A stretch of 64,000 nt of DNA from Schizochytrium sp. TIO01 (GCA_004764695.1 SMSO01000035.1:1240001-1304000); one strand, 5' to 3'; positions 10,244 through 22,084 are shown, counted from the stretch's first letter. The notes: generated by a model not told the origin, from the letters alone. A program made the numbers and translations.

Positions 10244-10823
10244 TTATTCTTGGCCCTCGCGTTGACGTGTAGCTTCTTTGATCATTACGTCATAGAAACA
10301 GTCGTCTGTGGAGTAATCTCAAGCCATGTTAGTTTTGTTGCGACTCACTTTGATCTCATTGTTCTAACTTACATTCACCAGACGCCACTAGCAAGCGGAT
10401 AAAATATGTATGGTTCGATCTTCCCTGTTCTTTTGCAACTTGAAGGGTTTTATTAAAGTCTGCGAGCGTGATATTCTCGCGCTCCAGCCAATTTTCCATT
10501 GTGGATTCATAGAGCTCAAGATACTCTTTGAATAAATCATGATACTCCAGCTTATGCTCATCTTCACCGCTGTCAACAGTATCGTAGAAAATATAGGCAT
10601 TCTCACGAATATACTTTTCGAAGACACCGATAAATTCAGGACTGAAGCAGTAGTGACTCGCTCGCTTCATAATTTGATCGACTTCTGAGTCGTTCGCGCT
10701 CTTACTCTCCAGCTTGCCAGCTTTACTATCTCCAAACTTGCTTTCTGAGTTGTCTAGGCCATCGCCAAACTTAGACTCTTCCTGGACGTCATCCTCTTCA
10801 GCAAACTTGCTTTCCCGCGGCAT
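10244..10823 (-). CDS. BART-domain protein (ARL2BP/CFAP36-like); 2 exons (10823-10373, 10305-10244), about 170 aa
   Basis: EHKLEYHDLFKEYLELYE matches the BART core. A 67-bp GTAAGT...CACAG intron (10372-10306) gives the C-terminus LVASGEYDCFYDVMIKEATRQREGQE*, matching the family's L..xD/EY..F...M ending. Confidence 0.8.
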
Positions 10824-11424
10824 GATAATTCAACGCGATTCAAGTGTAGACCGATTTCAAATTTGCAATCCTCCTTCCTGGCGTCAGCACTACCATCGAT
10901 AGCAGGTTCTGCTCAAGCCAATCCAGCCAGCGCGTAGACACTCAAAAATGCAAGCAGTCGCGCCCACAATCATTCAGATACTTTTCCTAACTAAGTAATT
11001 GTGGTTCTCGCTTGTGGAATTAGTTACTGCCATAGTAGTTCCCTACTCAACGGATACCTATGTTTTGTACGGGAAGTACTACTACTAATAATAGTACGTA
11101 CGTATTTACTTATCTATTCCTTTTTCAAAGAAAGAGGAAGCAAGTAGGCGTGTCCTAATTCAGGGACTTGTTATTCAGCAACACTATAGTTGCAAATAGC
11201 TCAGTGGATAGGAGGATGTTCCACGAGTGAGAATCACTATACTATTCTTATGGAAGGAGTTCCCCATTGCATCCTGAAGAAATTATAGCGAGAAAACTAG
11301 TGTACTTCTTATTTTTCAATAGAACGAAAAGACAAGCTGGGCAAAGGAACCATAGAAACTTTGCAGCAATCACCTGACCTGAGACAGGTTGACAGCGAGC
11401 ACGTGTATTTTACAAGCTACGAGA

Positions 11425-12390
11425 ATGGTATTTTCTATCTTACACAGACTAGTGGCTTCCAGGACAGTCGCTCCCTTTTCAGGTGCGGCCGACTCCAAAG
11501 ACACAGACTCTAACTCGCCACCGCATATGCGAAAGAGGTCTATCGCCATCATAAAACAAGAATCACCAGGACATTCAAATAGCACAAAGGCTACTTTTGT
11601 CATCATTATTGCCTTGTCTATTCACCTTGGAGTCTCACTTCTATTAGGCAAATACTTGGAAGGCTGGAGTGGTCTTACAAGCATTTATTTTGCAGTTGTG
11701 ACGCTAACTACAGTTGGATATGGTGATGTAGCACCTTCAACACAAGCAGGGCGTCTAGTAACTGCATTTTATATTCTCTATGGTGTTTTTCTTATTGGTT
11801 GGGCCATTTCCTCACTCACATCAATCATGGCTCAGCGTATTGAAAATCTTAGACAGCAGTCTGAGCAAAAAAAACAAGAAGGCCGCCGTAGGATCCCGCA
11901 TATGCTCAATGTGGTCTTGTCCATAGGGTTTCTACTTCTCATCGGCATCTTATTCTATTGTCTTGGCGAGGATATGGATTTTATTGATAGCTTTTACTTT
12001 GCAGTTGTAACCTTGACAACAGTTGGGTATGGGGACATTCACGTGAGCGATGACAAAGGAAAAGCTTTTCAGATTTTCTACCTAACTATCGGCACAGTAT
12101 CGATGGCCAAATTGATAGGAGATACAATAGACCATGTTCTTGAGGCAGAACGTCAACGTCATCGAGAAGCTATCCTGCGTAGACGTTTCACATTAAATGA
12201 ACTTTTTGCTGCCGATGCTGATAAGTCTGGTACTCTAACAGAGACTGAGTTTGTAGTATACAAATTTCAACAAATGGGCCTCATTAAGCCACAAGATCTG
12301 AATCAAGTTCTTCAGCAATTTGCTAACCTTGACGCAGACAATAATGGGTGTGTAACTTTTGAAGAGGCATCCGAATGTAATCTTCCCTAA
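11425..12390 (+). CDS. Two-pore (TPK/KCO-type) potassium channel with two C-terminal EF-hands, about 321 aa
   Basis: Two TLTTVGYGD selectivity filters, four hydrophobic TM segments, EF-hand loops DADKSGTLTETE and DADNNGCVTFEE. First ATG is at 11425. Confidence 0.92.
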   Translation: MVFSILHRLVASRTVAPFSGAADSKDTDSNSPPHMRKRSIAIIKQESPGHSNSTKATFVIIIALSIHLGVSLLLGKYLEGWSGLTSIYFAVVTLTTVGYGDVAPSTQAGRLVTAFYILYGVFLIGWAISSLTSIMAQRIENLRQQSEQKKQEGRRRIPHMLNVVLSIGFLLLIGILFYCLGEDMDFIDSFYFAVVTLTTVGYGDIHVSDDKGKAFQIFYLTIGTVSMAKLIGDTIDHVLEAERQRHREAILRRRFTLNELFAADADKSGTLTETEFVVYKFQQMGLIKPQDLNQVLQQFANLDADNNGCVTFEEASECNLP

Positions 12391-12640
12391 CCTTTTTCTC
12401 AGGTGCTTTCTGTAATTTATATGTTAAGGTTCCGTATGATTGATTGGATGCGCCATTCTCCAAAACATAGCAAATCCCATTGTACTATTGTTGAAGCACA
12501 TAAGCAGATGGGCTAGTCAACTTTATTAGCAAATTTCACTAGAGAAAAATGAGTAACCTGGAATGGTTAAGAAGCGGTTAGGCTGCGTCTCTGCAGCCTT
12601 CTTTAAGATAGACAAAGAGGGTAAAATAGTAGATTTATTC

Positions 12641-15600
12641 TTAATGAATTTTGTTATTTGCAATATCCACCATGCTCAAGTATTCAGGGGGGGCATCCTC
12701 CTCGTTGTCCTCTTCATATGCATCCTCTTGGTCCCGAGGATCCAAGGAAAATACCTGGTCTGGAGCTACTATAAGAGAAGCAGCAGCAGATTTAACTCCT
12801 AATTCCCGTTCGAGGGCCTCCAGTTTGTGGTCTTGCCGCTGAAAAATTGAACTCAGTCGACTGCTTCGACGAACGATTTTCGAGCTTTCTGCATCGAGCA
12901 GTGAGCTTTGAAAAGATATTGGTTCGGCAACTGCTGACACATAGGACGCATACTGAGAGATGGGTGTCATACCCGAAAATCCTGACGAGCTAGACGATTT
13001 GCTCAAAGCTCGTACTCGTGATTTAGGCATTCCGCGATTATCTAGATGCTGCAAGTATATTTGGACTTCTGCTTCTCTCACTTCTAGATCATCTTCTCTT
13101 GCGCTGACTTCTTCTTCGCGGGATCTTAGAATCTGTACTGTAGACTGCAACTGAACCTGACGCTCCTGAATATCAGTAGCCATTTTGTGTACATGGGCTT
13201 CACGTTCTTTAAGCTTACGTTCTTTATCTGTAACGATCCAAACACGTTTTTCGAGCTTCATTTGGGCTTGAGCAAGTTGGTCTTCTCGTCTTGCAATTTC
13301 GTGGTCTCGTCGCACTAAAGTACGTCGATTTGCTTCAAGGGCACTGTTTTCGTTTTGCAGCTTCCTGGAAAGAACCTCAAGATGCTTTCGTTCATAGACA
13401 ACTGCTGATCGAGCAGCTTCTACGTCAGATTTCTCCTGGCAGATTGCCGCAAGTGCAGATCTTTCTTCCTTTTCTTCTTTTTCTTCGTCGTCTCGAATAC
13501 GCTCCTCTAATCTCTGACAATCCTTCTCGGCATTTTCCTTTTCTGTTTGGAGCCTATCAAGTTTAGTATTTGATTGTGCGAGGCTTGTACGGAGAGTCTG
13601 GATGTCAGCTTCTGCTGCATTTTGAATGTCCTGAAGGTCTTCAATATCATTCTTAGCCCTAGCAAGTTCACTCTTCAAATTTTGCGCATGTTTGGCTGCA
13701 TCATCTTGTAGGTGTTCAAGCTCCAGTCTATAGTGGTTAGCTTCAGCTTCTGTCGCACTGCACCTTGCTTTCCAAACTGAGATTTCTTCTCCAAGTAGTT
13801 CAAGCCGAGAAGCATATTTTCTCTTGGTTACTCTAGCCTCATGCACCTGATCTTCGTACTGAATAATTGTCCTTACAAAATCCTGATCACGAGAAGAAGA
13901 ACTATACAGAACTTTTGCGAGATCTTCGTGAGCATTTTCGTTTGCAGCGATAAGACTGGAGCACTGCTTTGAAGATGCTTCAAACTTTTGGGCTAGTACT
14001 TGTTTATCTATTTGCGCTTCTTCAAGTCGCTTTTGCTGAGCTTTCAGTTGTGTAAGGAACTCGGCCTCTTTTGTTTCTAAGGTCGTTTTGGCCTTTTCGA
14101 GTGATAAGTGGAGTGATTTATGTGATCGAGCCAGAGCTCTCTGCTTGGTTTCAGCATCTTCTAGTCGTATTTGAAGTGCTTCGCATTGCATGCCAAGACT
14201 GTCGTTCTCACAATTTGCATCTTGAAGTTGTCCTTTACAAAAATCTAACTCGCTGCGAAGCTTTCTCTCACAATTGTTTACTTTCAATTGTAAATCTTTC
14301 AGTTGCGCCTCGTTGTTCGAAGCATTGCTACGCGCCGAATCGCAGTCATTTTGAGCAATTGATAGTTTGTGTTCCAGCTCCTCGTTACACATTTGCAAAG
14401 TTTGCTCGCTTTCTTCCCTCATTTTAACTAGTTGCGTCAACTCTGCGATTTGACCCAAGAGATCCTGCTCTCGTTGGAATGTGTCCACATGGGTCTGCTT
14501 TAATTGAATCTGCAAGTCGGCAAAGTCAGTCTCAGTCGCTTTGATCTTCATTCTAGACTCTTCAAGTTCCTTTTCGAGATTAGTTCGTTCCTGATCAACA
14601 ACCAGTTTCGCAGAGAGGGAAGCTTCAAGTTTACGTTCTTGCTCACATAGTTCATCTTGAAGAGCGCTCTCCTTGGCTGATGCTTGCATTTGCTGGTTGC
14701 CCAGCTTTATGTACAGTTGATCGATCTCCGTCTGCCGAGAGTCATTCAGCCGGATCGATTCCTCCAAGTCAGACCGAAGAAGGTTGCATTGACCTTCAAT
14801 TGCTTCTTTCTCTTCACGCAATGCAAGCAGCTTAGCTTGGGTCTCACTGCTGGTCTTATCTCTCTCAGCTAAAAGTGCTTCATTTTGTACTTGAGCGTTA
14901 GCAAGTTCTTGAGCTAGGCACCTATGTTTTGCCTCTGTTTCAAGTTGAGATTGCTTGAACTGAGCTGTAATGTCTTCAAACTGTTTTTGCGATATTTCAA
15001 GCTTCGTGGTGAGATTTTCATGCTTGGTTGTAGCAGACGAGAGTTCCTTGAGAGCGTCCTGAAGTTCTGAAGATTTCAAACCGAGGTCATCTTTTAGACT
15101 TTGAACTTGTTGGCGCAAGTGTTGTACATAAATTTGTTCAATGGAGAAATCAGAAAAAGATTGTTTTTGCTGCGGTGACGAGAAGAGAGGCCAGCACAAG
15201 GTCTTACGGCCCACCTTTTTGCGTTGTTCGATTGGAGAAGGGGTCTTGCTCCCCGCACTAGCCTGAGTCTGGACAGGCTTCTCTAATAGTTTAGTGTCTG
15301 GAAAGGTGAAATGTGATGAATTGTTTGTAAAAGGGGAATTTGATGTGTGAACTGGCGAAACGAGGTAAAGGGGCAAATTTTCCGATTTGGGGGTAGGATC
15401 GTGCTGTTGTGCGAGTAGCAATAATTTACGAAACCGCCTTCGTTCTTTATCACGTTCCTGGTTGTCACGTTCTTGGGACTCCATACTTGGCGCGCTTTGT
15501 GCTCGCAAAAGGGCAACTTTACGTTTCAATTGCTCAATAGTTACTTCTGGGGCCTGACATTGATGCTTTGACGCTTGAATTGGTACACGTGCCGCCGTAC

Positions 15601-16693
15601 GAGCAAAGTGAAGAGTTCGCTTAGACTCTTCCTTGAACTGCAGTACTGGCGTAATGCAGCAAATGACACACACAAGAGAGTCTCCGCAGAGTGCAGGCTT
15701 GAGAATCCGTGTGAGTTTGCTTGTTCGGAAACTGACATGCCTTGTGTGCCCTCCACCCTCAGCAAGGCTTGCCATCGCTAGTGCAAGAGCGAGGAGACTT
15801 TGATTAATATTCTTAGCCTCTGCGATTTGCGATCCCTTAGCATTGCTCGTTCGCATGCTTTCACTTCCCGCGAGGTCGACAAAGTTAAGCTGTGCTGAAA
15901 GCTTTGTATGGTCTTCCAGCGATACACTTGACACGTGGACCATGAGAATCGTGTGCGCACGGCTGCTCCGCTCGTTCATTCCAGTGGCGCTCACATGTCG
16001 CATTCGTTCACCTTGGCGTAAGATATCCATTGCCTCTGTGGCTGAGGTAGCAGGTTTCCGTGCTGCTGATAAAGTAACTCCGCCTTTTTGGTCATCTCTC
16101 ACAGACACAGCTCCAGCCTGAGCCGCTCTAGAGCTGGGTCTGGGCTGCGGCGTAAGAAAGTTGAAAGCTCTCGATGTTGCAGCTTGACGCTTTGTGGGCG
16201 TTTTAAACTCGGTATCTTCAACAGGCGTGAGCAGATCCCCAATAACTTCATTGTAAACCTCCACATAGCTCAGCTCCACAACGAATTCTCGGTGCTTCTT
16301 TTGATCCTCAATAGCCTGGAAGAGTTTCTCGAGGCCGAGCTGCACTGCACCGCTCTCAGTCTCAGGTTGTGGGCCTCCAAACATTGTGTATGTTTTCCCG
16401 CTGCTAGTTTGACCATACACTAAGGCAGTTCCATGGTAGCCCTCAATGACTCTTGGGATGAGGTCCGCAACCGTATTATTAAATACATCCTGGTTTTTAC
16501 TGTGTTCCGCGAAGACTTTGTCAAAGGTCCATGTTTTATCCTCGCGGTTGCCGAGCTCCACAAGGTTTTGCGCATCGTCAGCAACTTGCCAGGCAAGTTT
16601 GCTCTGGGGGTCATCGCCTTTCTCAGCGTGCTGCACAGGTTTTACTCGAACGCATACTTTAATTTTTTGTTGCTGTTGCTGGTCCTCAGACAT
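12641..16693 (-). CDS. Kinesin with N-terminal motor and long coiled coil (kinesin-7/CENP-E-like), about 1350 aa
   Basis: VCVRVKP, FDKVF, P-loop GQTSSGKT, NERSSRAH, DLAGSE, SKLTRIL, followed by about 750 aa of heptad-rich sequence. Start at the first ATG (16693). Subfamily call is an inference. Confidence 0.9.
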   Translation of the reverse strand: MSEDQQQQQKIKVCVRVKPVQHAEKGDDPQSKLAWQVADDAQNLVELGNREDKTWTFDKVFAEHSKNQDVFNNTVADLIPRVIEGYHGTALVYGQTSSGKTYTMFGGPQPETESGAVQLGLEKLFQAIEDQKKHREFVVELSYVEVYNEVIGDLLTPVEDTEFKTPTKRQAATSRAFNFLTPQPRPSSRAAQAGAVSVRDDQKGGVTLSAARKPATSATEAMDILRQGERMRHVSATGMNERSSRAHTILMVHVSSVSLEDHTKLSAQLNFVDLAGSESMRTSNAKGSQIAEAKNINQSLLALALAMASLAEGGGHTRHVSFRTSKLTRILKPALCGDSLVCVICCITPVLQFKEESKRTLHFARTAARVPIQASKHQCQAPEVTIEQLKRKVALLRAQSAPSMESQERDNQERDKERRRFRKLLLLAQQHDPTPKSENLPLYLVSPVHTSNSPFTNNSSHFTFPDTKLLEKPVQTQASAGSKTPSPIEQRKKVGRKTLCWPLFSSPQQKQSFSDFSIEQIYVQHLRQQVQSLKDDLGLKSSELQDALKELSSATTKHENLTTKLEISQKQFEDITAQFKQSQLETEAKHRCLAQELANAQVQNEALLAERDKTSSETQAKLLALREEKEAIEGQCNLLRSDLEESIRLNDSRQTEIDQLYIKLGNQQMQASAKESALQDELCEQERKLEASLSAKLVVDQERTNLEKELEESRMKIKATETDFADLQIQLKQTHVDTFQREQDLLGQIAELTQLVKMREESEQTLQMCNEELEHKLSIAQNDCDSARSNASNNEAQLKDLQLKVNNCERKLRSELDFCKGQLQDANCENDSLGMQCEALQIRLEDAETKQRALARSHKSLHLSLEKAKTTLETKEAEFLTQLKAQQKRLEEAQIDKQVLAQKFEASSKQCSSLIAANENAHEDLAKVLYSSSSRDQDFVRTIIQYEDQVHEARVTKRKYASRLELLGEEISVWKARCSATEAEANHYRLELEHLQDDAAKHAQNLKSELARAKNDIEDLQDIQNAAEADIQTLRTSLAQSNTKLDRLQTEKENAEKDCQRLEERIRDDEEKEEKEERSALAAICQEKSDVEAARSAVVYERKHLEVLSRKLQNENSALEANRRTLVRRDHEIARREDQLAQAQMKLEKRVWIVTDKERKLKEREAHVHKMATDIQERQVQLQSTVQILRSREEEVSAREDDLEVREAEVQIYLQHLDNRGMPKSRVRALSKSSSSSGFSGMTPISQYASYVSAVAEPISFQSSLLDAESSKIVRRSSRLSSIFQRQDHKLEALERELGVKSAAASLIVAPDQVFSLDPRDQEDAYEEDNEEDAPPEYLSMVDIANNKIH

Positions 16694-17556
16694 CGTCCCA
16701 GCCCGCACTGTGCTCACCGAGCAGTGCACACGCAAGTTAGCAGGCAAGCACCAGGCTAGCGAACCGCGTCGGGCAGGTTGAAGCTTTGCTTGCACTGGTG
16801 CTAGGTGCACAAAGTCAGAAAAGCAGTCGATCAGGCGAGCGAGTGAACTAGGGATTGACTGACTAAGTTGTGTGGCGTTTTGCCTTCACAAGAGACGGTT
16901 TCAAGCTAAATGTCCCCACGGGGACCCGGTGTGCACGATCTCCACATAGGACGACTGTGGTCTACGAGTACCTAAGTGCGTCTAAGAAGGCAGGTGCCCG
17001 GTCACCCGGTAGGAAGTCAGTGTCGTCTCGAGGAGCTATTTTAAGGAGAAGTCTCGTGAGTCGATGGAGGCGAGAGCTTAGCACGGTCAGAGTGCATTGG
17101 TTATCGCATTTAGGATCTCAGGGTTTTCAAAGGTAGCGATGGAGTGCTTTTAACATACAGGGTTCATGTTTTAATTTTTTTTAATACACAAAAGCGAACA
17201 ATGCAAGGCTTAGCATTACTGATTATATGAACAGCAATGCTAGGTCTGCTGTTTCGGTGAAAAATTGTGCACGCGCACACGAGCATTGCAAGAATGGGTG
17301 TAAAGTTATAGGCATATGCATCAAGTAGAAGGCTACTCCTTCATGAAGTTAGTCTTTTCTTTTCTATGTATAATTGCATTCGATATCTTTGGCAAGTCTG
17401 CCTCTAGATGCAAGCCTGGCTCATGTTCGTGTGTAAACAAGAGTGTAAAAGAAGGAAAATCTCAAACTATTCGTTTCATTAGAAACATGTCTTGGCATGC
17501 AAGTGGAATAGCAAAAGAATAGGTCTTTTAGAATTCTAAAGGAGGAAACTCTAATT

Positions 17557-18529
17557 TTATAATGCAAGCGCTTGCCAAACTCTTGTAGGCTTTTCAATAC
17601 GGAGATCCGCTTTCAGAATAGCAGGAACACAGGCCGATTTCATGACGTTGGTAGAAAACTCATGACAGCGCTGATATAATGCTACACGAATAGTTGGAGT
17701 TGTGGCCAATGGCGCGGGCACAGTAAAGGAGAGCAATGGATGACTACTCAAAGCATGACTGGTGATTTGCCACAATTGAAGGGCTTGGGGGCCCAGACCC
17801 CTCCCAGATTGATCTAGGATACTATAACTCACTGGATAGTCTAAAAGCCATCCAGCAAGGGTCACCAAGCGCGTAATCTCTTCACCAAGGTCAAGATCCA
17901 CTCGGAGTACATTATCGGTACTTTTGCTTCCTTGTAATGCACGGTATAGAATTCTCAAATTTGGAAACATAAAGTTGGGACAATCAAGCAGGGAAGCTTG
18001 CCCTACGTCGTTGGGTTCAACAAACAAGGGTTCATCATGCGCCCAAAGCCGAGCCCGCAGCTTAGCACGATTTATTACAAATATGGAGCCGTCATTAGCA
18101 ACCTCCACAACATAGCATGGCCCCTGAGTGCTAGCTTGAACTTTGTTCAGGATCTCTACGAGTAGAGCTGGGTTGTGTAGAACCTATACAATCGCAGGGT
18201 TTGGGACATGAGTCAGTATTAAAATTTAAAGTAGGCATTGCAGCAAATGATTACACAAAAGAGAACGTGGAAAGGAGTCAATGAGTAAAACGTACTGGTA
18301 GGGGAAAGTTTGCGTCTATCAAAATTGCTGTACGAACTCCAGCGAGGCACAGCAATAAAGACGACGTAAGCTCTTGAAGCTTGGCCTTGTCTACTGCGGT
18401 ATAGTTTTTCTTTTTCCCTTTTGAATTTCGGTTTACAACCGAGGATGCTGCATCTTCTAAGGCTGCCAGGGTAGTTGCTGACCCCCCATGGGGCAACTCC
18501 AGCACTTCGCCTTTTGTAGCACCAAGCAC
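17557..18529 (-). CDS. DUF4504 / UPF0739 (C1orf74-like) protein, at least 2 exons; start codon unresolved
   Basis: GVRTAILID and LVTLAGWLLDYPVSY resemble DUF4504 motifs. A phase-0 intron 18295-18184 (GTACGT donor, TACTGAC branch-like site, TAG acceptor) joins the two ORFs in frame. Exon 1 has no in-frame ATG. Confidence 0.6.
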
Positions 18530-19371
18530 AACAGCGAGTGCCGCCTGCGCCAGTGCGATTAAAAAAAGCGTTACCGCGCGGCGGACCCATTATAATTATT
18601 TTTTTAAGCCAGGGGTACGTGTGGGCGGCGAGGAAGTCATAAGAGCACATATCATTATTGTGTTTGTTCGTTAACCGATTCATCAATGATGTAGATGTAA
18701 TTCGTGACTTTCGTTAGTTTCCCTCAGCCCTTTGCCAATTCTCGTTGCTCCTTAGTCTCTTTTCTTTCAACCTGTGAAAATGACTAGCTGAGAGCACCTC
18801 TCGCCCTCTTCAACCTTCTATGCGCGTCACATTGTTTTGAGTTAGGAAAGAAGCAGACAGGATCATCAGAGAATCCCTGTTTTTTTACCCTCACGGAATG
18901 CCAAAGAATTCTGTTCTTCTTCCTGCATATTGGAACTCTAGCATTCAACAGAGATTTGAGCGAATAGTCGTCTGCTCACAGCTCCCTGAATATGCACCGC
19001 ATCACTCGCTCCACCATCACCACTACCCCATTCGATTGCAACTCTGTGAATAGGCAAAGAAGAAGGAATTTAGCTAGCCGGAGTAAACAATAATCTCTCC
19101 TCATCAACAACCAACCACCTAGTAACTAACATAACAGCCTTCAGGTCGGCTGATATGTTTCTTCTCTGGCTGCCATTATCACCAGACCTCGCCTGAGCAC
19201 GGATCACGAAGTTGAGGAAGCGGTCAATCCATCGATTTAGGCAATAATCAATGAATCAATGATGGATCAATCAATAATTGAGGGACTCCTCCTGCTTGCT
19301 CCTTCCCACGGTAATCATTCTATTCCTTTTTCTTTTTTTCCTTTTTTTCAATCTAAATTAAATTTATAGTT

Positions 19372-19398
19372 GAACAACAACAACAACAACAACAACAA
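19372..19398. repeat. (AAC)n microsatellite
   Basis: Direct reading of the tandem trinucleotide. Confidence 0.9.
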
Positions 19399-20320
19399 AA
19401 AAAAAGAATAGAAAAAGGGGGAAAAAGGAGGGCAGAAGGACTTGAAAAGAAAAGCAACGAAAACAAGAAAAGGAAGCGCCAACTTGAATGATGATCTAAA
19501 AACCCCAATCAATATCAACGATCACCTGGCTGCCAAATTGGGCGATGCGCTGCGAAGAATCCCACGCACATCACAACTCACTCCACTCAGCCCACGCAAT
19601 GACCTGACCCGGTCGTTCCTGAGCTGCGGCACGCTCCACCACCACCACATTCATCCACCCACCCATTCGCTCATTCGCAGCCAAGATAGCCAAAAAGAAA
19701 AAGAGTCTTCGCGTTCACGTCATCATTCATCTTAATCGCCGCCATCATCGTCGCCGTTGGCGTTGTTGACGTCCCCATTCATTCATTCTCATTCACTCCT
19801 TCACTCATTCACCCACGCGAGAAGACGTACCGTGGAGTTCTCGCCGAGGTAGCTCCGCACAAGCCCAGAGCTCTCCGCCCAGAGCAGCGCGAGCAGCGCA
19901 GCGCCAGGCGCTCCCATGTCTGCGTCAGAGAAAGCAAAGCAAAGCAAGCAGAGCAGAGCAGAGCAGAGCAGAGCAAAGCGGCTTTGTCGTCCCTCTCGAA
20001 GGCGCCTTCCTCTGCGTGGGCCTTTCCTGTTGGGACCATGGCTGACTGAGTGAGTGCCATCGGCAGAGTTAATCAATCAGTCAGTCCATTGACGCATTCG
20101 ATGGAGCGGCCTCGTGGACCTCGCCGTGCTGCTCGCTCGCGGACAAGCAAGCAAGCAAGCAAGCCAATTCCACGACAGCATGCATTGGCGTGCTTCCATC
20201 CATTCATCCGCTGACTGACCCATCCTCAAACCCATCCATCCCGCTCGTCCGGGATTGTCTGACTGTATCATTCATTGCCTGGCTCCGCTGTCGCTTCGTC
20301 GAATGATTGGTTTTTGTTGG

Positions 20321-20461
20321 CTGCCGCTGTCGCTGTCGCCGTCGCTATTGCCGCTGTCGCCGTCGATATTGCCGCTGTCGCCGTCGATATTGCCGCTGTT
20401 GCCGTCGCTGTTGCCGTCGCTGTTGCCGTCGCTGGTGCCGTCGCTGTTGCCGCTGTCGCCG
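20321..20461. repeat. GC-rich minisatellite of 21-bp (gccgctgtcgccgtcgatatt) and 12-bp (gccgtcgctgtt) units
   Basis: About three 21-mers followed by about four 12-mers, read directly. Confidence 0.85.
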
Positions 20462-20620
20462 GGGACCAAGCACAGCGTCAGCGAGTCGGGCAACCAGCAG
20501 GTCCAGCCCCAACGAGGTCGTCTCCGCCATCCATCACGCCGCCAGCTGCCGGCCGCCACGATCTTTTGCAGCGCCTTATGCGCGAGCTGGGCAATATCGG
20601 GCAAAGAAGCAGCAGCTTGG

Positions 20621-20634
20621 AAAGAAAGGAAGCG

Positions 20635-20684
<50 letters not shown>

Positions 20685-20699
20685 GAAGAAAGAAAGAAA
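20621..20699. repeat. (AAAG)n microsatellite
   Basis: Direct reading; it explains the KERK/FLSF repeat ORFs. Confidence 0.9.
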
Positions 20700-22084
20700 A
20701 CCTCCGCGAAGACAGGAGCGCCAAGACGGACGGACGGCTGGAACCAGCCACCCGAGGACTCGCGCGGGCTTGAAGAGCCAAAGGGAATTGGCGACCGTCG
20801 CAGAACAGAGAGAACTCCAAGTCGAAGAGCCTGGACTTCAAAACCCACGCTTCAACCAGCAGAGAATAGGGAGCGTTCTTTGGAATTCAGACGCTGCCGC
20901 TGCTGCTGCTGCTGCTGCTGCTTGTGCAATAGAGCTAATAATAATAATAATCTTTATTAGATTAGATTAAATTAAATTTAAATTGACATTAATTTGAATT
21001 TAAAGTTGTAACAAAACGAGGTGGTGTCGTGCGCGCGGTCCCGTAAAGACGCACCCGCGCCCCAGATAGTTCTCTGGGACTGCTAGTACTTACCTATCTA
21101 TCAGAGAGGACAACCCACAATGATTCCTGCATACATCTCCTCGCCGGATCCCCCTGCTAGGCCCAGCTAGGTATTACTTTACAATTGGGAAAGTTGAGAA
21201 GATGTTTTAGTTTTACTTACTTTTTCATTAAAGTTAAAAGAAAAGAAAAGAAAATGCGAAAGAGGTGCTAGGAGCAAGTAGGTAGTAGTCCTTAGAGGTT
21301 TGAGGAGATGAGGTTAGAAAGATGGGGAAAACATGGAGATTGAATTTACATTAAATAGCAGGGACTAAAATTTTCGATGAGGCGGTTGATCTTGAAGGAT
21401 TCGTTTGCCCGTCTGCAGTCGATGTGGTTTGGCACGTCCAAATCAAAGGCGCAGAGGCCACGAGGTTCATTGAAATGATGAATGAAGGGACTTTTGCATG
21501 CATGCATGCATTTTGGTGTGTAGGTATGCATCTCAGGCCTGTGAGCCAGACGCTATCAATCGCTCGAAGAATTCCAACTTGAGTTGAGGTTTTCGAGGAT
21601 TGTTTCTCTCATCGCAGTCATTTAATTTACATTATACTACTACCACTTAGTGACGGGTAGTTTAGTCAGTAGGAAATATAAAAAATAGAAAGGTTTTGAA
21701 AGGAACTTGAAGAAGAAGAAGAAGAAGACAATGGAGTTAGTTGTTCTATCTATCTTCTATTTGGTTAATCATCAACAAGTTTGATTTCAATTTGTATATA
21801 TTTTCAAATTAAAGAAAGAAAAAGAAACTTGGAAGGAAGAAAGGAAGAAAGGAAGAAAGATGAAGTTCTATGATGATAAGTTGTAAATGTATAGAATAGA
21901 TGGAAAGAAAACACTACCTACCCTACTCGGCTAGTAGCTAGCTAGGGACATACAATTTATCTATGTACTATTTAAAGTTTGGTAGGTAACAGATAGGTAA
22001 CCTACCAAGTATTCCATATCAATCTGTAGTGAATAGTGCCGCGAAGTAGTAGTGCAATTTGATGCAAAAGAGCCTGAGCGCAGA

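Noticed and set aside
20255-20970. Four overlapping ORFs of 172-231 aa (Cys/Arg-rich, Ala/Val-rich, Asp/Gly/Ser-rich)
   Set aside because: The frames stay open only because stop-free mini- and microsatellites span the region; starts are non-ATG.
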